Assembly (NCBI GenBank): GCA_023251075.1
Contig: JAHEZM010000011.1
Span: forward strand, 23,663 to 87,662
Length of the DNA stretch: 64,000 nucleotides
Direction of reading: 5' to 3'
Source: Flavobacteriales bacterium
GTDB taxonomy: Bacteria; Bacteroidota; Bacteroidia; Flavobacteriales_C; GCA-002722245
This document shows, piece by piece, positions 58,773 to 64,000 of this stretch (positions are counted from its first letter, which is position 1; every line of letters starts with the position of its first letter). The notes beneath the pieces are model-generated. The model did not search any database. It was not told where the DNA came from and saw nothing but the letters and a program-made list of their open reading frames with translations. Position numbers and translations under genes: made by a program.

Positions 58773-60850
58773 TGTTTATCTTTAATATCAATAAATACTT
58801 TTGCCACTACACCCAGCTTAACATTCATCTTATAATGTGCATAAAATTTGGCTGCTGTTGCACCATTGTTGGCGGTAGCCATCTTTGAACAAATTATAAT
58901 ATATTTAGCTGTTTTCAATTTTTCTACCATTGCTTCATCCACCGAGAAATCGGTTTGTTTGGGTGCAGAAGCAGCAGTCATTTCTCCATTTACATCCACT
59001 ATACAAGAAGGAACTACCTGCTCATATCCAGAATGGAAAATAGAATCAATTACTGTTTTGGTAGAATCCATAAAATACATTTGAACATTCGCTTCTATAG
59101 GAAACTCACTAGTAATAATACTTCTCAAGGATGCTGTTTTCACATTTTTAAATGCATCAGAAGGGAAGGCAATAGTGTCTTTAATACTCAAGCCTGAAAC
59201 ACTTCCGTACAATGGAATATCCAAATCCATTGAAACAGTAATAGAACTTGTATCGGTAATAAAGTTCGTTACTTTACCGCCAGGATTAATGGTACCTGAA
59301 ATTCCAAAATAAATTTCTTTAGGATTGCTGGCTAAAATCTGCTGAATGTTAGTAGTGTTTTTATCGATTAAAATATTGGTGATAGCAGTTTGACCAACAA
59401 CACCCGGACTATTAATCGTTAAAGGATTAGCTATTCCGGTAAATGGAATTAAAGTATTGTTTTGATCTTTTACAGCCATAGCTGAAAGATCCGCATCCAT
59501 TGGAATACCAACAGAATTTTTCAACTTCAAAGTAATTTTAGGATCTGCTAAAGTAATGGTAGCACCTAAAGGACTTTTAAAGAAATCCATTGCTGCAGAA
59601 TCAGAGGCCATGTTTAAAGTTTGATTGCCCAAATATCCTTCCAAATAAGAAAAAGCCAATTGATCAATCGTGATCTGCGCACTCACTACATCTCCTGTAT
59701 CTATAGGTATAGCTTGTCCGCTAGAAATCACACTAGCCTGAATAGTTGCCGGAAGAAAATTGTAAGTAAGTCCCCCGTTGGTTAAATCAAAAGTATAATC
59801 TGCTAAATCGAATGTTCCTGTAACGTTAGTAGAATTAATATGATCAGAAGTAATATTGATTGTTTGAGAAAAAGCAACATTGTTTTTCTTCACTGAAGGA
59901 AGAGTTAAAATAATTTGTGCATTTTCTCTAATTCCATAATCTATATCGTAAGAAATTTGTCCGCCCTTTAAAACAATAGTATTTAATTCCTCACCATTGG
60001 TTAAAGCCAAATTGGTATTGATAGTTTGATTCACCACCTGCTGACTAGGAAAAATGGCAGAAGCGCTCAATACACCAATATTTGCTGTAGCAATTCCAAT
60101 CGATAAATCATCTGTAAGATCAATAGGTACAGCAGCAGGAAAAGTACCAGGAGAACTAAAAGAAGCAATCACCATATTTAAGGAGTTACTCATAGTAACA
60201 CCCGCTAGATTTACATTTTTGGAATCAGTAGAGGAAGCTGCTATAGAAGGGAAATTAAAAGTTCCGATTAATGAATTGCCTACAGAATTTCTAATTTCAA
60301 TTTGAACATTATCCAATTGTATTGGCCAGTTGTTAGTAATGCTTAAGGTTAAAGTACCCTGATAAAAAGAAACCGAATTAAATCCACTTAAAGCAGGCAC
60401 CGGAAAAGTACCACCATCTTGTGCGGGAATAGCTGGAAACGGAGCAGTATTACCATTGGCCGATTGAATATTGGTTTTCTCAGGATCATTCATATTCCCC
60501 ACTACATTTCCTAAGGTAATAGATGTTCCGGTATTGATATCAGGAATTGAAAAGTCACCCACACCAAAACTTTGAGAAATAGTTTGCGAGGGAATACTAA
60601 TCAAATCAGCAACTTTATAAGAGAAAAGATCGGTAGAATAAGTAATGTGTAATAAATCATTAACATCAGTATTTATATAAGTAGTATCGGCTTTTTCAAG
60701 TAAATCGCCCAATACCAAATCGGTATTAATTAAAGGAGCCGCAACCGAAGGGTTGTATCCGGTAGTATTTAAATTATCAAAGTCGTATTTATCTTTTAAA
60801 CAGGAAGAAAAACCCAATAGAATTGTAAAAAGCAGTACTAATCTCATCAT
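58769..60850 (-). CDS. Large beta-rich lipoprotein (partner of the DUF5723 protein)
   Basis: Lipobox FSSC after MMRLVLL; 'YNPSVAAPL' N-terminal motif; ATGA overlap with the DUF5723 gene. Confidence 0.8.
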   Translation of the reverse strand: MMRLVLLFTILLGFSSCLKDKYDFDNLNTTGYNPSVAAPLINTDLVLGDLLEKADTTYINTDVNDLLHITYSTDLFSYKVADLISIPSQTISQSFGVGDFSIPDINTGTSITLGNVVGNMNDPEKTNIQSANGNTAPFPAIPAQDGGTFPVPALSGFNSVSFYQGTLTLSITNNWPIQLDNVQIEIRNSVGNSLIGTFNFPSIAASSTDSKNVNLAGVTMSNSLNMVIASFSSPGTFPAAVPIDLTDDLSIGIATANIGVLSASAIFPSQQVVNQTINTNLALTNGEELNTIVLKGGQISYDIDYGIRENAQIILTLPSVKKNNVAFSQTINITSDHINSTNVTGTFDLADYTFDLTNGGLTYNFLPATIQASVISSGQAIPIDTGDVVSAQITIDQLAFSYLEGYLGNQTLNMASDSAAMDFFKSPLGATITLADPKITLKLKNSVGIPMDADLSAMAVKDQNNTLIPFTGIANPLTINSPGVVGQTAITNILIDKNTTNIQQILASNPKEIYFGISGTINPGGKVTNFITDTSSITVSMDLDIPLYGSVSGLSIKDTIAFPSDAFKNVKTASLRSIITSEFPIEANVQMYFMDSTKTVIDSIFHSGYEQVVPSCIVDVNGEMTAASAPKQTDFSVDEAMVEKLKTAKYIIICSKMATANNGATAAKFYAHYKMNVKLGVVAKVFIDIKDKQ

Positions 60851-60915
60851 AAAATAAAGTAATTGACTCACTTCCTACGGTAAAGAAAAAAGAAGGTTCT
60901 GTTTTTTCTGTTTCT

Positions 60916-63657
60916 TTACTGTAAAGGGAAAATGTACAAGTTACCTTTGTTATCGCCTGCTATCATTTCAAAAGCTCCGTCTGCCTCTAAATCCTCCATC
61001 ACATAGGGAGAAGAAGCATCCATAGGAAATCCATCTATACTATTTCCTGAATTATCGATTAAGAATATTTTATTTTTCGAATAGTCGGAATAACCCATTC
61101 TGAATGTTTCTCCTTTTACGAAATCAAAATACAATTGATTTTTGGTATCTACTTCGCCCAGCTCTAAAGTGAAAAGCTCCGACTTGTTCATCTTATAAAC
61201 CTCCACCACATTGTTATCTAAAAAGATGACCTCATCACTTCCATCTTTGTTTACATCAAACAAATAAAATTTGTGGGATGCATCATAATTGTTAAACACC
61301 ACTTTTTGAGAAGTACCATCGAAATATAAAAAGTGTAAAGCTCCCTTTTCATCCGTATTTACTACCGCAGATTTTTCAAAGGTAGAAGCTTTGATGAAAG
61401 CACAATTATTGTTTTTAGATTTAGGAAGTTTTGCCTTTACTTTAAGTTTTTCTTCCCCTCTTCTTCCAATTACCTTTACATTTCCCTGAACATCTGCTAC
61501 CACTAAATAATCTTTTTGAGCAAAAGAAAAATACTCTACCGGTGTTATTATTTCTGCAGGCATCCCTGAAAAATCAAAGCCTTTAACCGCTCCGCCATTG
61601 ATATCAAAATTGAGTAATTTACCGTTGACAAAAGGAACTATAATTCTATAGTTTTTGCTCTTATCATAATCCAATAAAGTTAAGCCTGCACTTGCTTTCG
61701 ATTTAAATTGCACCGGAAATCCTTTCACGTCATTTCCATTTCTATCTACCAAACAAAGTTTGTTGGCCGTATTAAACAAGTACTGAAGTTTATTATTTCT
61801 ATAGCAATCTACCTGATGAATCACACCCAATATTTTTTCTCCAATTGGTTTTTTCCACAATATTTCTCCCGCTTTATTCAATAAATACAAATTAAAATTA
61901 TCGTCTTGTAAAATAATCTCTTTCTCTTTTGTTAAATGATTTACAACAATGATTGGTCGCATGGAGAAAGTGGTATCCAAATGCGTTTCAACCAATGAAG
62001 ACGATTTTTGAGTGGCTTTTGGATTGTATTTCAAATAAGCGTTAGAATTGTATAAATTACCATTCGAACTTAACTGATAACCGAAGGCCTCAAATTTCGC
62101 AATCGTGTCTATGTGTGGTTCTAAATCTTCATAAAAATCAAGATGAGAAAAAGTTTTATATAAATTTCCGGCTTTCTTAAAATTCAAATAAGTCATGATA
62201 TTGCTGCTTTCCGAAAACTGTTCCATGAACTGAATAAAATTCACATCCTTACTCAAAATTTTACCACCTAAGTAGGAATTAATGAAATGCTTCAATGCAC
62301 CCTGTTCGTTAGCAAAAACTACATATTCATCTACGATGATATAATAAGAATTTTGAACTGAAGAGCCTAAATTTCCAAAGATCGTAGGAAGTAATCCTGT
62401 AATTCCTAAATTCTCTATTTTGAATTTTTGAAATTCAATTAATTCTGCGGCAGGATTGGTTTTCGACTGAATATCTTTCAACTTGGCATCGGCTTGTTCT
62501 ATATCGGAAGTATGCAAAGCTAAAAAGGCCGATTCTTTAAAATTCTCTGCATTGGATTGGGTTAAAAACAAGCAAACTTCCTTATCCATCCACGAATAAA
62601 TATCTTCTTCCACATCAATCTCATACTTAGCAGAAATAGACGCTAAATCCTTTTCAAAATCAAACAAGCTTTTGGTAGCCGATAAATAATTTCGGTATCC
62701 TTTTCTGAATTTATCAAAATCCTCTACTCCGAAATTCAAGAAAAAGGAAGTGTTGTCGGGTAAGATATTCGTAACACCAATTTTTTGTGGTTTTTGATCG
62801 TTGAATAATTTCAAATAAGTATTCACGCTATCGGGTTCGTAAGCACAGCCCGTCATGGAAAAACCTTCTGGTCGAATTTTTACATCCGATTCGCTCCAAC
62901 TTCCAAAACCCGAAAACATTTTTAATTCTTTAGAAAATTCTTTATTCACTATTAAGCCCAACATATCAGGTAATTTCTGATAGTTGATAAAAATATTTGC
63001 ATCTGCTTTCGGATCGGCTGCTTTAAAAACTTTTACAAAAGAAGTGTTGCGTAAAAGTGGGGAACCATGTTTAATGGAACGTAAAGCATCTTCTACTAAA
63101 ATCGGACTTTCACTTACTACCAAAATAGAATTGGTTAATGCGATGGAATATTGTTCGCCATTCAACGAATTTGAATTTTGATAAATCGTAACATCCTCAT
63201 AATTTCTTGTAAAAACTTTAATGGAACTATCTCCATTGTTCATCATTTTCTGAAATTCATCCAACACTTTTTCATCTTTACACGGAAAGGAAAACAACAT
63301 ATTACACTGATTTACACCTGCCATGTGCAACGATAAAAATGCTGGTTCAGCCATAACCAATGGACGTAATTTAGGATTGGCCATAAACACTTTTTTGAAA
63401 CGAAACATTTGACTATCCAACTTAGCCACCACAGGTATGCCCGATACTTCTTTCCAAAACTGACCTTTAGATTTTATTACATCCCACTTATCAAAAGGAT
63501 TGCTCACGCGAATGATTAAACCCGCATTTTCAGGAATTGCATTTAAGGTTTGTTGAATTTCTTTTTCACTCTCGCTGGGAGTATATAAAAAATAGCCTAC
63601 TACAGCGGCAACAGCCACTAAAACAACAATTAAGATAAAGCCAACTTTTTTCGACAT
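60916..63657 (-). CDS. DUF3352-like membrane-anchored protein with C-terminal beta-propeller
   Basis: N-terminal TM anchor; 'AIP.NA', 'YVVFAN'; propeller-like 'G.ILWK', 'DRNG..V.GFP', 'DYD....YR'; TACATTTG -7 box at 63680-63687. Confidence 0.7.
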   Translation of the reverse strand: MSKKVGFILIVVLVAVAAVVGYFLYTPSESEKEIQQTLNAIPENAGLIIRVSNPFDKWDVIKSKGQFWKEVSGIPVVAKLDSQMFRFKKVFMANPKLRPLVMAEPAFLSLHMAGVNQCNMLFSFPCKDEKVLDEFQKMMNNGDSSIKVFTRNYEDVTIYQNSNSLNGEQYSIALTNSILVVSESPILVEDALRSIKHGSPLLRNTSFVKVFKAADPKADANIFINYQKLPDMLGLIVNKEFSKELKMFSGFGSWSESDVKIRPEGFSMTGCAYEPDSVNTYLKLFNDQKPQKIGVTNILPDNTSFFLNFGVEDFDKFRKGYRNYLSATKSLFDFEKDLASISAKYEIDVEEDIYSWMDKEVCLFLTQSNAENFKESAFLALHTSDIEQADAKLKDIQSKTNPAAELIEFQKFKIENLGITGLLPTIFGNLGSSVQNSYYIIVDEYVVFANEQGALKHFINSYLGGKILSKDVNFIQFMEQFSESSNIMTYLNFKKAGNLYKTFSHLDFYEDLEPHIDTIAKFEAFGYQLSSNGNLYNSNAYLKYNPKATQKSSSLVETHLDTTFSMRPIIVVNHLTKEKEIILQDDNFNLYLLNKAGEILWKKPIGEKILGVIHQVDCYRNNKLQYLFNTANKLCLVDRNGNDVKGFPVQFKSKASAGLTLLDYDKSKNYRIIVPFVNGKLLNFDINGGAVKGFDFSGMPAEIITPVEYFSFAQKDYLVVADVQGNVKVIGRRGEEKLKVKAKLPKSKNNNCAFIKASTFEKSAVVNTDEKGALHFLYFDGTSQKVVFNNYDASHKFYLFDVNKDGSDEVIFLDNNVVEVYKMNKSELFTLELGEVDTKNQLYFDFVKGETFRMGYSDYSKNKIFLIDNSGNSIDGFPMDASSPYVMEDLEADGAFEMIAGDNKGNLYIFPLQ

Positions 63658-63763
63658 ATCGAAATGAAAATAGTTGACACAAATGTATTTTAGAAGCGGG
63701 GTGATTTCCCTTTAAAAACCAATACTTATAAACAAAACACCGGTTAAAAAGCCATAGAAGAAT

Positions 63764-64000
63764 TTAAAAAAGGGAAAGTTGCTCTCCTGCAGGAAGCAAA
63801 GTAAAACTCATTCGGTGGTAAGAGCTAGCACCATGTTCTCTTATCGCTTTTCGATGAGCCATTGTAGGATACCCTTTATTTACGCGCCATCCATACATTG
63901 GGAACTCTTCATCCAATTGATGCATAAACAAATCTCTTTCCGTTTTTGCCAAAATAGAAGCAGCTGCAATACTTAAAAACTTACCATCTCCTTTAATTAC
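63764..64000 (-). CDS. rnhB: Ribonuclease HII (3' part, truncated by window edge)
   Basis: [34 protein letters not shown]. Confidence 0.93.
   Translation of the reverse strand, partial: VIKGDGKFLSIAAASILAKTERDLFMHQLDEEFPMYGWRVNKGYPTMAHRKAIREHGASSYHRMSFTLLPAGEQLSLF

Overview
AT-rich bacterial chromosomal window, almost certainly Bacteroidota: Bacteroidota-type short RpoD, TAnnTTTG -7 promoter boxes, and T9SS type A and type B C-terminal sorting signals. An aerobic Flavobacteriales-like organism is likely. Most of it is core genome (hemE, pgi, aconitase, rpoD, obgE, adk, purK/purE, rpsF-rpsR-rplI, dnaX, recG, GGGP synthase, ahcY, aroB/aroA, partial rnhB), mixed with envelope and secreted genes (GH18 chitinase, choice-of-anchor L protein, two paralogous T9SS cargo proteins, a DUF5723 barrel with a lipoprotein partner, a giant TraB/GumN protein, an SPFH protein), a HigBA toxin-antitoxin islet and orphan ORFs. 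I saw no rRNA, tRNA, CRISPR array, transposase or integrase. Main signals: (1) dnaX is split at an A10 run, so the long tau form needs a -1 recoding event; (2) an unannotated ~165-nt promoter-to-terminator unit (candidate sRNA) with LacI-like operator repeats lies downstream of rpoD; (3) several distinct families of REP/REPIN-like palindromes and heptamer-repeat hairpins; (4) an SPFH protein with four tandem N-terminal repeats (vault-like layout); (5) a cytochrome oxidase subunit I-like mini-protein that has lost its His ligands; (6) decayed antitoxin and HTH relics missing from the ORF track. All family assignments come from motif recognition by eye; no searches were run.
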